A stretch of 63,794 bases of DNA, taken from IMG/VR virus record IMGVR_UViG_3300004282_000002, positions 1 to 63,794 of that record. One strand, given 5' to 3'. Positions 52,139-61,792 of this stretch are shown piece after piece. A program made the translations under genes and the position numbers. The notes under the pieces were generated by a model. That model worked only from the letters and a program-made list of their open reading frames with translations. It made no database searches and was not told where the DNA came from. The stretch comes from a virus (Duplodnaviria > Caudoviricetes). The first letter of the stretch is position 1, and the number at the start of each line of letters is the position of its first letter.

Positions 52139-52491
52139 AATATTTTTATATATACTCCAGGTTTTTCTTTATCATATTCATATTGTTCAAATATTGGGAC
52201 TATCACGTCTGCGTTATCATCCTCAATCCAACCGTATTTTACCATAAGATCAAGCAAGGTCTGGGCTGGGTTTACATAGTCAAACTTATGTTTTGATCCA
52301 CGTATAAATTTAAAAGAGCATCGAATGGGATACTCATGTATAGCACTCTTAAAGACCTTCGCATTAATAGCCCATTCTAGCTCTGTCTCCTTAACATATC
52401 TCTGACATGTCTTTGACCATACCATAAACTTACCAGTCCAAACCTTACTATTCTTTGAGCTCGGAACATTCCCCTTAATAAATATCTCCAT
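52135..52491 (-). CDS. rusA: RusA-like Holliday junction resolvase
   Basis: VPSSKNS, D..N......D.....G.I.DDN and KPGV.I.I motifs. Confidence 0.8.
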   Translation of the reverse strand: MEIFIKGNVPSSKNSKVWTGKFMVWSKTCQRYVKETELEWAINAKVFKSAIHEYPIRCSFKFIRGSKHKFDYVNPAQTLLDLMVKYGWIEDDNADVIVPIFEQYEYDKEKPGVYIKIL

Positions 52492-52504
52492 ATCCTTTTA
52501 GATA

Positions 52505-52536
52505 CAAAGATAAATCAAATAATTGAGATTTCCAAA
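52505..52536 (-). promoter_or_regulatory. Bacteroidota primary-sigma promoter
   Basis: Minus strand TTTG (52536-52533), 20-nt spacer, TATCTTTG (52512-52505), upstream of rusA. Confidence 0.8.
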
Positions 52537-52541
52537 TTTAT

Positions 52542-52736
52542 TTAACTAAAACTATAAACTATATTAGGTAAATCCCAATCAGTGGCTCCTGAAACTTTTT
52601 TATAATATTTAACAAATGCTTTTTTATCATTAATTGCTAATGACTTAAGTTTCTTTAATTGTTTTTTAGATATAAATTCTTCAGTATCCTCTAAAAGAGT
52701 TTGAGTTACTCTATAAAACTCATCTATATCTTTCAT
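52542..52736 (-). CDS. Small hypothetical protein
   Basis: ATGA-coupled ORF. Confidence 0.55.
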   Translation of the reverse strand: MKDIDEFYRVTQTLLEDTEEFISKKQLKKLKSLAINDKKAFVKYYKKVSGATDWDLPNIVYSFS

Positions 52737-52936
52737 TGTTGTTTTTCTTTATACATACCACATGATACTCCACAACAATATGTTCCTAAAACATGATCGT
52801 CTCCATATTCACTAGCACAATAAGTACCAACTTTTTTACATGTTCCACTCATAATAAATCCTGTTCTCCAAAACTTATCAGAACCAAGTTTGTAATACAA
52901 ACACTTAGTTCTATTTCTTCTTTTCTTTACTATCAT
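52733..52936 (-). CDS. Small Cys-rich protein
   Basis: 6 Cys in 67 aa, ATGA-coupled. Confidence 0.55.
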   Translation of the reverse strand: MIVKKRRNRTKCLYYKLGSDKFWRTGFIMSGTCKKVGTYCASEYGDDHVLGTYCCGVSCGMYKEKQQ

Positions 52937-53181
52937 AATTGTTTTTTTAGCTTTTTAATTAATTTTTCAAGCATTGCAATTTCCTTTAACAATCTTTCTC
53001 TTTTTGATGGAACTATTATTGGATCTCCTTTATCATCCCTAATTTTAGCAGGACATCTATCTGTATAGCACTTATAACATCCATCTTTTTTGATTTTAGT
53101 CCAATAACCACAATTATAACAAACATCCTTAAGATTGTATATTGGTTCAGGATTTTCCATTTCTGATAAATAATGTCCCAT
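52933..53181 (-). CDS. Small zinc-finger protein
   Basis: CYNC, CYKC and a further Cys; C-terminal coiled coil. Confidence 0.55.
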   Translation of the reverse strand: MGHYLSEMENPEPIYNLKDVCYNCGYWTKIKKDGCYKCYTDRCPAKIRDDKGDPIIVPSKRERLLKEIAMLEKLIKKLKKQL

Positions 53182-53183
53182 AG

Positions 53184-53378
53184 CTATATATCATAAGTTC
53201 TAATTGCTAAAATAAGGGATACGATTGGTATATACAACAACAACCATCCCCACTGGTTGTTATGCCATGATAATATAAGTGGACCAAAAATAATCGCCAC
53301 CAATATAGGTAATAAGATTATCCATCCACCAAAATGTATTAGAAACTTCTTTAAGTCTCTTTTATTATATTTATCCAT
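53184..53378 (-). CDS. Small two-TM membrane protein
   Basis: Two hydrophobic helices. Confidence 0.6.
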   Translation of the reverse strand: MDKYNKRDLKKFLIHFGGWIILLPILVAIIFGPLILSWHNNQWGWLLLYIPIVSLILAIRTYDI

Positions 53379-53382
53379 AATA

Positions 53383-53413
53383 ATAAAATTAAGGGGGAAT
53401 ATTTCATCCCCCT
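53383..53413 (-). terminator. Intrinsic terminator after the amidoligase cluster
   Basis: AGGGGGA/TCCCCCT stem (53392-53413) followed on the minus strand by TAATTTTATT. Confidence 0.6.
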
Positions 53414-53419
53414 AGTTTT

Positions 53420-54871
53420 CTAATTAATATCCTTATACATAACAACACCAGAAAGTTCATTCCTGATCTCATTAAGTCCTATACAGTCACCACTACTCTC
53501 ATCTAATCTTCTATTAAGCTTCCTGTCACTGATATAATTAGTGAGATAAGAAGCTAATTTGATATTAGAGAAAGCTGAGTCGATAACTTGCCTAAGTGTT
53601 AATCCTTTCATCTGAACAACATCAATATTGTCTTTATAAGTAATCTCTGCATATTTGATTATTGCAGAACATATGTAAAGCCAATTAATGATCTTGATAG
53701 GATCTTGTGTTGGAACATGACACCTGAATTCTATTGTCTTGTTATCTCCAAACAACAGAGGAATAAAATTGACCCAGTGATAACGCTCTACGATACCCCA
53801 TTTGTGATCATCATTAGGATCAGAAGGATGTGTGCTACCAAGTCCCTGATATTTTTTACCAGCACCAAGATAAAAAGCTATGTTATTGAATGTGTCATCA
53901 AGATTAAGCTCTACGAGCTCTTTCCTTAATGGCATATTATAATCCTTACCTCTTGGCTTAAACTTACTTGTCTTGGAATAATACGCTGGGAACATGGAAT
54001 ATATCTCATTCTCAAGGACTGAGCATAATGTATACAGATAAGCAATAAACTTTGTGTTAGTTGGTATATTACCTATGTGTAAATGCAAACTCTCATTTGT
54101 TGTGAAGTTAGTGTACTTTCTTAATGTATCACACATATCACTTACAGTATTCACACCATTCTGTCCCGATAATGGTAATGTGGCAAACTCTATGCCTTCT
54201 ATACTACCATCTCTCAATGGTAATAACCCAGAATCCAAGATCTTATAATTAGGTATCTTACCCCTATTGGTCTCAAATTCAATCCCAAAGGAATACTTAC
54301 CTATGACACCACCGTAATTAGCTATCTTAGGAGCTTTATTACCAAGGAATGTCTTATTTCTCAATCCCTCCTCAAACCTTTTCTTTATCCCGACATCATA
54401 ATGCTTACAACAATATGGCAACTGAAATGGATAACTGTTATTGTTAAATGTATAGGTAAAGACTTTAGAGCTCCTTTTCTTTAGACCAACATGATTAAAC
54501 ATCCCAGTAACAGCATCCTCATTGAATATAGCATCTGGTAATATCTTATAATCAATACAACTATACTGACTTCCATTAGGAAGATTAACCAATACATTTT
54601 TGTAAGGATCAGAAGAATAACTACCAAGTATAACCTCACTAGTGAGTGAGTCATAGCCTATAATCCCTTTTATGAGATTGGTGTTATCTTTAGCTACCAC
54701 CCATGTTCTCTTCTCATTATCGAAGATGATAAGGCCACTATTAACGCGATACCATGTATCGTTGATTAAGAAACATTGTTTGTTTTTAATATAATATTTA
54801 CCTTTTATGAACCTACAATCTTTCCTGAATGCTACTGATCCATCAAAAGTTTCTACTGTATTATGTATCAT
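53420..54871 (-). CDS. Putative amidoligase (glutamine-synthetase/COOH-NH2 ligase fold)
   Basis: FGIEFET, DGSI.G.EF, LHLHIG, RY..VN and TIEFR motifs. Confidence 0.85.
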   Translation of the reverse strand: MIHNTVETFDGSVAFRKDCRFIKGKYYIKNKQCFLINDTWYRVNSGLIIFDNEKRTWVVAKDNTNLIKGIIGYDSLTSEVILGSYSSDPYKNVLVNLPNGSQYSCIDYKILPDAIFNEDAVTGMFNHVGLKKRSSKVFTYTFNNNSYPFQLPYCCKHYDVGIKKRFEEGLRNKTFLGNKAPKIANYGGVIGKYSFGIEFETNRGKIPNYKILDSGLLPLRDGSIEGIEFATLPLSGQNGVNTVSDMCDTLRKYTNFTTNESLHLHIGNIPTNTKFIAYLYTLCSVLENEIYSMFPAYYSKTSKFKPRGKDYNMPLRKELVELNLDDTFNNIAFYLGAGKKYQGLGSTHPSDPNDDHKWGIVERYHWVNFIPLLFGDNKTIEFRCHVPTQDPIKIINWLYICSAIIKYAEITYKDNIDVVQMKGLTLRQVIDSAFSNIKLASYLTNYISDRKLNRRLDESSGDCIGLNEIRNELSGVVMYKDIN

Positions 54872-56724
54872 ACGTTTAATTCTTTAAGTTTGTTATTTGC
54901 TTCAATTAAAATTTCATGTTTGTCTTTTACTAGATGAGCATATCCTGATATTTCTACTTCGTTGATAAGGCTTTCTAGATCATCCAATATAGGAGCTACT
55001 TCAGATCCTATTGTATGATATAAGCTTACGAGTATATCAGAATTGTCTTCTATGTTACTTTCTTTTTCGGTAGGAGTTTCTGCTGGTAAAGTACATTCTC
55101 TACATTTACTACCGTCTTTATAGAGATTTTTGTCAACACATTCCATACAGGATTTTATCTCTATGATATCATCCTTAGACTCTGGTTCTTTTTGTTTAGC
55201 AACTTTTCGTTGTTTACCAAAATCCATTGCGCTTAGATATTCAAATTCCTCAAGTAGATCGGCAAGGGTATATGTTGACCCAAGTCTTTCATAACCAATA
55301 CAGTCTCCCTCTTTAAAGTGAAGCTCTAAGTCTCCAAACGGTGGACTGAATGACCCACAGAAGAATGTCTCATTAGCAAAAGCTTTGTCGTTAGTGAAAA
55401 TAGCTGTCTGTTCCATGTAACCAGATGATGACTTATCAATCCTTCTAGTGTATGGCAACAATGCATTAGAATACAATATATCTGACATCCTTGAGAATAA
55501 AGCTCTGTCATAGAACTCTTCAGCATTTTTTATATGATATAGCTTAGCTTGTATATCTACTTGATCATAAGCATCGCTACTATACAATAATATCCCATAG
55601 TAGAAATACAGAAAATGTACCCCTATATGCTTTTCATATTTGTCCCTTATGTATCCCCATGTGTCTACAGTAACCTCACCATGAACAGGCACGTCATTTA
55701 ATAAAAACCATCCTTTGTCGTATCTGATACGATCTTTAGTGTTTACATTTATTAATGGTTTTATATCACAACAACATATATTATTCGTTAATCCTAGTGT
55801 TAATAATCTGTTTTTTGTATTGAGATTAACTGGTTTACTGTTGAATGGTATTTCATTTTCGGCAGAGCTATTCCAATAAGTATTTCTATTAACTTCAGTA
55901 TATTTTCTTAACACTGACTTCTCCCTGTCTATCTTCATAAATTCCTCTACACTATCACCCTGTAGCTTATACACTACATTATATTTAAAAGATGTGGCTT
56001 TATCTCCATTAGCTATCCACTCAAGAGGAGATGCTTCTGATGATATATACGTGCCAGATCCTTTTATTTGAACGTAATGTAACGGTCTCTCTTCAGTTAA
56101 TGTAGAATAGTTTTTTGACTCACCATGAAAAGCATACAACACATTAGGCTCTTTAATGAAATGTATCACCAATGCTGCACTACCCTCATATTCATTGAGT
56201 ATCTTAAATCCTTCTTTTTGTATTAGTTTTGACATTGTCACACTATCACTCTCATCGGTACTAACGGTGATGTTGTACTTAGTTGCCAACTCCTTATGGT
56301 TAGTTATTGTACCATTATGAGCTTGAACATATACCAACTTATCATCCTTTATAGTCCTTAGTAGTACTGGCTGTATGTTAATACTTGTCACGGCACCTAC
56401 CGATGCTTTCCTACAATGACCAATCACTATAGGCCATTTCCCAGGTTTTACTGTAGTGTGTAGCCTATGAGATTTTATTAGTGACTCATATTTAGCATCT
56501 GTACCTATTCCTGTTATCACTCCCCTATTGAAATACACACCACACGAATCGCCTCCACGACTATCATTCTGAGTACCTAGGAAGTTGAAGAGTAATGGTG
56601 AAAACTCACTAGAGGCATTACCTGTCCATGCAAATATGCCACAATTAAAACAAGATAATTTTTTCTTAAATAGAAAGTTATATATTAAACTTATTAGCAT
56701 TATTAATAGTAGCGCATTATACAT
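54868..56724 (-). CDS. Class II (Ntn) glutamine amidotransferase with N-terminal hydrophobic extension
   Basis: CGIF (Cys28), RG.DSCG, GHCRKASVG, QP, HNGTI.N, DS and RPL motifs. Confidence 0.85.
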   Translation of the reverse strand: MYNALLLIMLISLIYNFLFKKKLSCFNCGIFAWTGNASSEFSPLLFNFLGTQNDSRGGDSCGVYFNRGVITGIGTDAKYESLIKSHRLHTTVKPGKWPIVIGHCRKASVGAVTSINIQPVLLRTIKDDKLVYVQAHNGTITNHKELATKYNITVSTDESDSVTMSKLIQKEGFKILNEYEGSAALVIHFIKEPNVLYAFHGESKNYSTLTEERPLHYVQIKGSGTYISSEASPLEWIANGDKATSFKYNVVYKLQGDSVEEFMKIDREKSVLRKYTEVNRNTYWNSSAENEIPFNSKPVNLNTKNRLLTLGLTNNICCCDIKPLINVNTKDRIRYDKGWFLLNDVPVHGEVTVDTWGYIRDKYEKHIGVHFLYFYYGILLYSSDAYDQVDIQAKLYHIKNAEEFYDRALFSRMSDILYSNALLPYTRRIDKSSSGYMEQTAIFTNDKAFANETFFCGSFSPPFGDLELHFKEGDCIGYERLGSTYTLADLLEEFEYLSAMDFGKQRKVAKQKEPESKDDIIEIKSCMECVDKNLYKDGSKCRECTLPAETPTEKESNIEDNSDILVSLYHTIGSEVAPILDDLESLINEVEISGYAHLVKDKHEILIEANNKLKELNV

Positions 56725-57562
56725 GAATTGTTTTATTAGATGTAATTAATTGCTTATCCCATGTTATACCTAGTTGCTTATAGAAATGTGAATTGAAGGT
56801 AAACAAACCACCTTTGAACACAATCTCTGGCTTAGCAAGATATAGCAAGTTAAATAGATTCTCTTCGTCCTGTATGAATTCTATGGATTTCAATGTTTGA
56901 TCAAACACCCATGATAGATATTTCTCATCAACAAAGAAACCACCAAGACTTCTACACTCTAGACCATATGATGTATCTCTGTATTGCCCTAGGCCACCAT
57001 AGTTCTCAAACCTACGTTTATCAACATGTATAAGACATGATGGTATGACTACAAACACATCGAATGCTCTTGCAAGGATAGTGTTGATAGTCTCTCTTGA
57101 CCATATAACATCCTTCTCTATATCATAGCCAACGTGAATATGAAAGCCAGCAGTCCTAAAGTCTTCTGTAGATAGGTCATTAGCCCTATGAGATAGATCA
57201 TCCCACGCATTGAGATAGGGGCTACAGCCAAACAGCATAGCCTCAGGATGAGACAAGAATGCTGTGTTTATGTTAAGACAATCGGAATGATGAAGACCTA
57301 ACACAGGATATTTATCTTTTATATATTTTGTTATTCGGGATTTCAACTCTACCATCTTCGAGATAAAGTCTTCTTTTGTTGTCACTGGTGGCATGTTACC
57401 TTCAGCAAGGATATTATCCTTCTGTATGAAATAACCATCACCTAGAGCTTCAGGGCTCTCTTTTGTTCCATTTATAATTGGTATGGATGACACAATCATT
57501 CCTGTTGATTCATTCTTGATGAAATATTCAGGATCGCTTCCAAATGTTAAGTTGTTTATCAT
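56717..57562 (-). CDS. phiEco32-like COOH-NH2 ligase type 2
   Basis: GSDPEYF, GTK..P, DN..AE, FGC.P..NAW, RTAGFHIHVGY, RR..YG..G.YR...YG.E.R.L motifs. Confidence 0.88.
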   Translation of the reverse strand: MINNLTFGSDPEYFIKNESTGMIVSSIPIINGTKESPEALGDGYFIQKDNILAEGNMPPVTTKEDFISKMVELKSRITKYIKDKYPVLGLHHSDCLNINTAFLSHPEAMLFGCSPYLNAWDDLSHRANDLSTEDFRTAGFHIHVGYDIEKDVIWSRETINTILARAFDVFVVIPSCLIHVDKRRFENYGGLGQYRDTSYGLECRSLGGFFVDEKYLSWVFDQTLKSIEFIQDEENLFNLLYLAKPEIVFKGGLFTFNSHFYKQLGITWDKQLITSNKTIHV

Positions 57563-58497
57563 ATATCGAATGTCGTTCTTTTGTTTACTCCAGTTGGTAA
57601 TATAAGATCTATCTTTACTTGTTTTAGATCTGTTGATAGTAACAGAGGAACATTTTTGTCCATAGCTGCACTAAGATAAGATATCTCTTTTATTAGTTTA
57701 AGGTATACACTTTTCATCTCAAGATAATCTTTGCATATGAGTCTCAGGTTATTTCTCATTGAGCCAGGAATCTCATCCACTCTTAACACACCTATTAACC
57801 TTGCTATTATCTCTTTAGCCTCCAATATTACCTCAACATCACTAAAGAATGATCCTGTTATCTTAACCTTAGGATTAAAATATATTGGATACTTATAAAA
57901 TACCGTGTTGAATAATGTATTAGATTCTAACTCTTTTAGTATAACACTAAATGGCCTGAAGAATAGTAATCCCTCTATCTCGCTTGTTCGCATTGGCAAT
58001 ACAGCCCTACTCTCAGTCTCTTGGAATGAAAATGCTATAGCAAGAATATCCATAGGATCATCAAGTAACTCTAACCTATAGAGATTAGTGGCTATGATAG
58101 CCATGTTGGTATAATGCTGATACCATAGATATCTCATGGTATTATAAGCTACATTGAAATATTTATTAGATGTCAGTTTATCCGATGATATTCTTATTAC
58201 TATAAGATCTTCAGGTGTATATTTACAGCTAGTGTAATTGATATCTTTTCGTTCTTCTTCTGTAGCTACTGAGTAGTTTATGTTATAAGCTTTTGTTATA
58301 AGCTCCATATAACTATCGAGATTATTTTCAATAAAGAAGAATTCGTTCATCTCAACAGTAGGTATGCCTACATACATCACATGGCTATAGCTAAACCTAT
58401 CCCTAAACAGATTGCCAAGACTCTCACAGCAATCGTATGAGATAAAGCCATGTTTTGCTGATTTACTTGGTTTTGAAAATATTATACTATTTTGCAT
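57559..58497 (-). CDS. Hypothetical protein within the amidoligase cluster
   Basis: 312 aa, overlapping both neighbours. Confidence 0.65.
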   Translation of the reverse strand: MQNSIIFSKPSKSAKHGFISYDCCESLGNLFRDRFSYSHVMYVGIPTVEMNEFFFIENNLDSYMELITKAYNINYSVATEEERKDINYTSCKYTPEDLIVIRISSDKLTSNKYFNVAYNTMRYLWYQHYTNMAIIATNLYRLELLDDPMDILAIAFSFQETESRAVLPMRTSEIEGLLFFRPFSVILKELESNTLFNTVFYKYPIYFNPKVKITGSFFSDVEVILEAKEIIARLIGVLRVDEIPGSMRNNLRLICKDYLEMKSVYLKLIKEISYLSAAMDKNVPLLLSTDLKQVKIDLILPTGVNKRTTFDI

Positions 58498-59290
58498 TAC
58501 TATATTTGTTTATTAATACTTTTCTTATCTCTTCTCTATACTTAGCTATTCCTTCTTCAGCTAATGCTGGAGCTGAATTAACTTCGCATACTATAAACTG
58601 TGATGGGTCTTTAGAAGACACTCTTATATCTACACAACCAATATCGAGCCCAACACTGCGTATGGAGGCACTCGCTGCATTACACAGATCTTTCCAATTT
58701 GTGGGTTTGTCGAATAATTCATGGTTTTCTCCCACCCAATTACAGTTATGGGAGTTGAAAAACCATCTATCTTCAGCGTCACTCTTCCTGAGCTTTCTCC
58801 AGGACAAAAATACTTGTGTCTGCGTAGCATGTAGTCTGTACTCTCTCCCATAATTATAAAATAACTCTATAAAGAAATACTGTGGCGTATGTGTCCTACA
58901 AAAATCCATAAGTTGTGTATCATTCTCAATGAGTACCATTCCCTTTCCTTGAAAGCCACAAATAGCTTTCCCAACTAACTGATATTCCTCACTCTTGTTG
59001 ATACCAAAATGTCTTTTTATAGCTTCTACGTTGAATACTCCATGATAATACCTTGCTTGTGGTATACGTGCTTCTTCAAAACACCTTTTCATCCTAAGCT
59101 TATCTCTAGAGTTTTCTATTGATGTTATCGTGTTACACTCTAGGACGCGTCCTCCACGAGGAAATACTACTGAGGTAGGTGTTCTACTACCTAGACGACA
59201 TACTGCCAGAAATGGCACGAGAATAGCCTTACGTAAAGGATTTGATGATGGATTCTTAGTCCTTATGCGAACAGTTCTTTGTTTATACAT
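58487..59290 (-). CDS. ATP-grasp ligase (RimK-like, phage type)
   Basis: N.......S.DKL, G..GKGM, EYRLH, GLD.G.VD and CEVNSAP motifs. Confidence 0.85.
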   Translation of the reverse strand: MYKQRTVRIRTKNPSSNPLRKAILVPFLAVCRLGSRTPTSVVFPRGGRVLECNTITSIENSRDKLRMKRCFEEARIPQARYYHGVFNVEAIKRHFGINKSEEYQLVGKAICGFQGKGMVLIENDTQLMDFCRTHTPQYFFIELFYNYGREYRLHATQTQVFLSWRKLRKSDAEDRWFFNSHNCNWVGENHELFDKPTNWKDLCNAASASIRSVGLDIGCVDIRVSSKDPSQFIVCEVNSAPALAEEGIAKYREEIRKVLINKYSNAK

Positions 59291-59679
59291 TATTTTACTT
59301 TATATTTACGCCAACTTATTACTCCATTCTCATCTTGTGGTACAAGCCTATCATCAGAATATCTCCGTCCACTAGCTAACACATATATCTCAGAAGCGCC
59401 AAAAGGTGTCTCTATTACTCTCTTATCATAGAATGAAGGATAACCTTCTAATCTCTCTATTGAACGATATACCTTATCTGATACCTCATATGTCTCAACA
59501 AGAATCTTATTTGTTACACTCTCATCTTCTATGAGACCGGGGAATCCTCCTAGTGATACCATGACAAGATTATCCTCTAGAATATGTTCACCTAGCTTTT
59601 GTGATTCACTATTGTTAAGATGCCAATGCCAATTACCAAAACCTTCTAATAGACTTCCATAAACTGTTACTTTCTTCAT
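59290..59679 (-). CDS. Gamma-glutamylcyclotransferase (AIG2-like)
   Basis: VYGSL..G..N, G.FPGL, E.YEV and LEGYP..Y motifs. Confidence 0.88.
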   Translation of the reverse strand: MKKVTVYGSLLEGFGNWHWHLNNSESQKLGEHILEDNLVMVSLGGFPGLIEDESVTNKILVETYEVSDKVYRSIERLEGYPSFYDKRVIETPFGASEIYVLASGRRYSDDRLVPQDENGVISWRKYKVK

Positions 59680-60062
59680 ATTGTTTTTACATTTTTATTT
59701 AAAGTGCAATTAAAAAACATCTTTTCTATTGATTTTTGAGATTCAATAGAATACATATTTATATCCCTACTTATCACAAAATCATTATTTGTTTCGTTAC
59801 CACCTATGAAACAAGTTATTCTACGTGGTAGTCCAGATAATCTTAACTCTGGAGTATTGAGAGAACGTATTTTTACCTCCATATCACCCCTTATCTCAAT
59901 TCCTATATCATCAGTATTAATTAAATCATCTGGAGCCTTATTGCTAGAGAATATTAATCTACTCTTATCGAGTGTAAGCCTTAAACCTAACTGAGGATAT
60001 TGTTTATGTAATAATTTTATTGATTTGCTCATGTAATATTTTCTTAGATTGTTTTTGTCCAC
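59676..60062 (-). CDS. Hypothetical protein ending in LNKNVKTI
   Basis: ATGA-coupled to the GGCT gene; start may be ATG 60032; overlaps the primase 3' end. Confidence 0.6.
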   Translation of the reverse strand: MDKNNLRKYYMSKSIKLLHKQYPQLGLRLTLDKSRLIFSSNKAPDDLINTDDIGIEIRGDMEVKIRSLNTPELRLSGLPRRITCFIGGNETNNDFVISRDINMYSIESQKSIEKMFFNCTLNKNVKTI

Positions 60063-60984
60063 AATGCCACACTAGATCAGAGATATCCTTTGCTTGTGTG
60101 ATGAATATATATGGTAATCCCCATCGCTCTGATAATTTATTATTAGCAATCATCCCAGTTTCATCGGAGTCCATAAATAAAATAATATTCCTCCATCTAC
60201 TCTGATGCTTAAGCATGTATTGTTCTGGTACAAAGGTAGTTTCAGATGTTGGAGCAATAGCTGTGTAGCCTAACTCATAGAGAGTCATGACATCTTTTAA
60301 TGATGATGTGATGATAAGAAGATCTCCTTCTTTAGGCAACATACCCTCTCCCTGTACTATGAGACCACCATTGCTATACCACTTATGTACAGACAATGGT
60401 TGATAGATTTTCCTTCTAAAGATATCTTTTTCCCAATAGTATTCATAGCTATAAGCTAATGGATCAGCAAAATATATGTGATCATTAATAGTAAAGTGAG
60501 ATATTGGAACAACACCAAACCTATCAATAGTGCTCTTTGTTATACAATACCTACCATACCAATAGAAATCATCATTGACTGTCCACTCTCTACGTCTTAT
60601 TTTTATTATAGATGTTGCCTTCTCAGATATAATAGGATCTTCTACTTGAAGACTAGGCTCTATTACCTTATATACATGATTGATATCACCTAATCCAAGA
60701 TCAAAATCATCATTTATCTTATGTAAAGCATCACTGAAAGATAGATGGAAGAGCTCCATCACAAAGCTTATAGCCCTATAGCTACCTCTACCAAAATCCT
60801 TAAAAAGAAGATCGCCATTATAATGTATAATAAAAGAGCTAGGGTGAATATCGTCATCACGTAGCGGAGATTTGAATGGTTTACCCACCTCTTTAAACCC
60901 ATCGCAGTATCTCCTAAATATCTTGTAGCTACTAACCCTTTCAAGGATAGCCTCTTTAGTAAGTTCTCTGTGTATTCCATACAT
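60004..60984 (-). CDS. DNA primase (crAss-type DnaG, TOPRIM)
   Basis: SPLR.D..PS and DFG N-terminal domain; ITSSLKDVM, D.D..G and KDISD TOPRIM motifs. Confidence 0.85.
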   Translation of the reverse strand: MYGIHRELTKEAILERVSSYKIFRRYCDGFKEVGKPFKSPLRDDDIHPSSFIIHYNGDLLFKDFGRGSYRAISFVMELFHLSFSDALHKINDDFDLGLGDINHVYKVIEPSLQVEDPIISEKATSIIKIRRREWTVNDDFYWYGRYCITKSTIDRFGVVPISHFTINDHIYFADPLAYSYEYYWEKDIFRRKIYQPLSVHKWYSNGGLIVQGEGMLPKEGDLLIITSSLKDVMTLYELGYTAIAPTSETTFVPEQYMLKHQSRWRNIILFMDSDETGMIANNKLSERWGLPYIFITQAKDISDLVWHCGQKQSKKILHEQINKIIT

Positions 60985-61278
60985 TTATATTGTTTTTACA
61001 TGTTTTGGTAATTTTTCTATTCTATTTTTGTTATTACGATAATAATCAAACCAATCATAATGAAGAGTATTCCAACTTATCCCAGGGAAGTCAGCCCATC
61101 CAAAGGCTCTAGATATATATACATCTGTATGACGATCATTAAGATATTCATCTACAGAGATATTAATATCTCCACGATAACGATTGCCAGCAAGGGAATT
61201 AAAAGCATGATAATACGCATCATAGGCTCCATTTTGCTTTAAGAATTTATTAAAAAGCCTTATGTCTTTTGCTCTCAT
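60985..61278 (-). CDS. Small protein ending in LPKHVKTI (paralog of 61275..61595)
   Basis: F..FL.......Y..F...G..YR...I..AF.W.D....W..L shared with the neighbouring gene. Confidence 0.7.
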   Translation of the reverse strand: MRAKDIRLFNKFLKQNGAYDAYYHAFNSLAGNRYRGDINISVDEYLNDRHTDVYISRAFGWADFPGISWNTLHYDWFDYYRNNKNRIEKLPKHVKTI

Positions 61279-61595
61279 ATTGTCTTCACATTTTTAGATA
61301 ACTCTAAAGTACAATTCCATTTGCTAGGATGATCCTTTGTATCTCTATATAATTTATTTGATAGATCGAACCAGTCTATATGTGGATTGCCTATATCATC
61401 CCAAACAAAGGCACATGATATCCAATCAACAATAGGTATCTCTCTGTAATAGTCATATAACTCCGTAGGCCATTCACTATTTTCTCTATATTCAATACCA
61501 TATCCTGAACCAAATCCAATATAGAATAACTCAAAAGATTTATGTTTAATAAGAAAATTCTCAAACATATTTATTTGCTTATATATCTTTCTCAT
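61275..61595 (-). CDS. Small protein ending in LSKNVKTI
   Basis: Paralog of 60985..61278, ATGA-coupled. Confidence 0.7.
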   Translation of the reverse strand: MRKIYKQINMFENFLIKHKSFELFYIGFGSGYGIEYRENSEWPTELYDYYREIPIVDWISCAFVWDDIGNPHIDWFDLSNKLYRDTKDHPSKWNCTLELSKNVKTI

Positions 61596-61792
61596 ATAGT
61601 CTTTGTATTTTTATTCAACATACCAGGAGTTCTAATAAATCTTTTTGTGAATAAAGAAACCCTAAGGCTCTTATCATTTACTATTCTATATTTAGGATAA
61701 TGCTGTGATCCACATTTCTCTATTACTTCATATATCTTACCAACAGTGATGTGCATACTAGCACCCAGATTATCTATACATCTGACTCTCAT
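61592..61792 (-). CDS. Small SH3-like protein ending in LNKNTKTI
   Basis: V.CI......IT.GK.YE.......YRI.ND........RF. Confidence 0.7.
   Translation of the reverse strand: MRVRCIDNLGASMHITVGKIYEVIEKCGSQHYPKYRIVNDKSLRVSLFTKRFIRTPGMLNKNTKTI

Noticed and set aside
56717-57600. C-termini TSNKTIHV (56717) and VNKRTTFDI (57559) as members of the tag family
   Set aside because: The register relative to the stop codon differs and the similarity could come from A-rich gene ends, so they were not counted.
520-61242. Many short antisense or alternate-frame ORFs in the ORF track (for example 4161..4454, 10540..11043, 28671..29063, 47850..48176, 58455..58853)
   Set aside because: They lie within or opposite well-supported genes, have no recognisable motifs and break the strand organisation.
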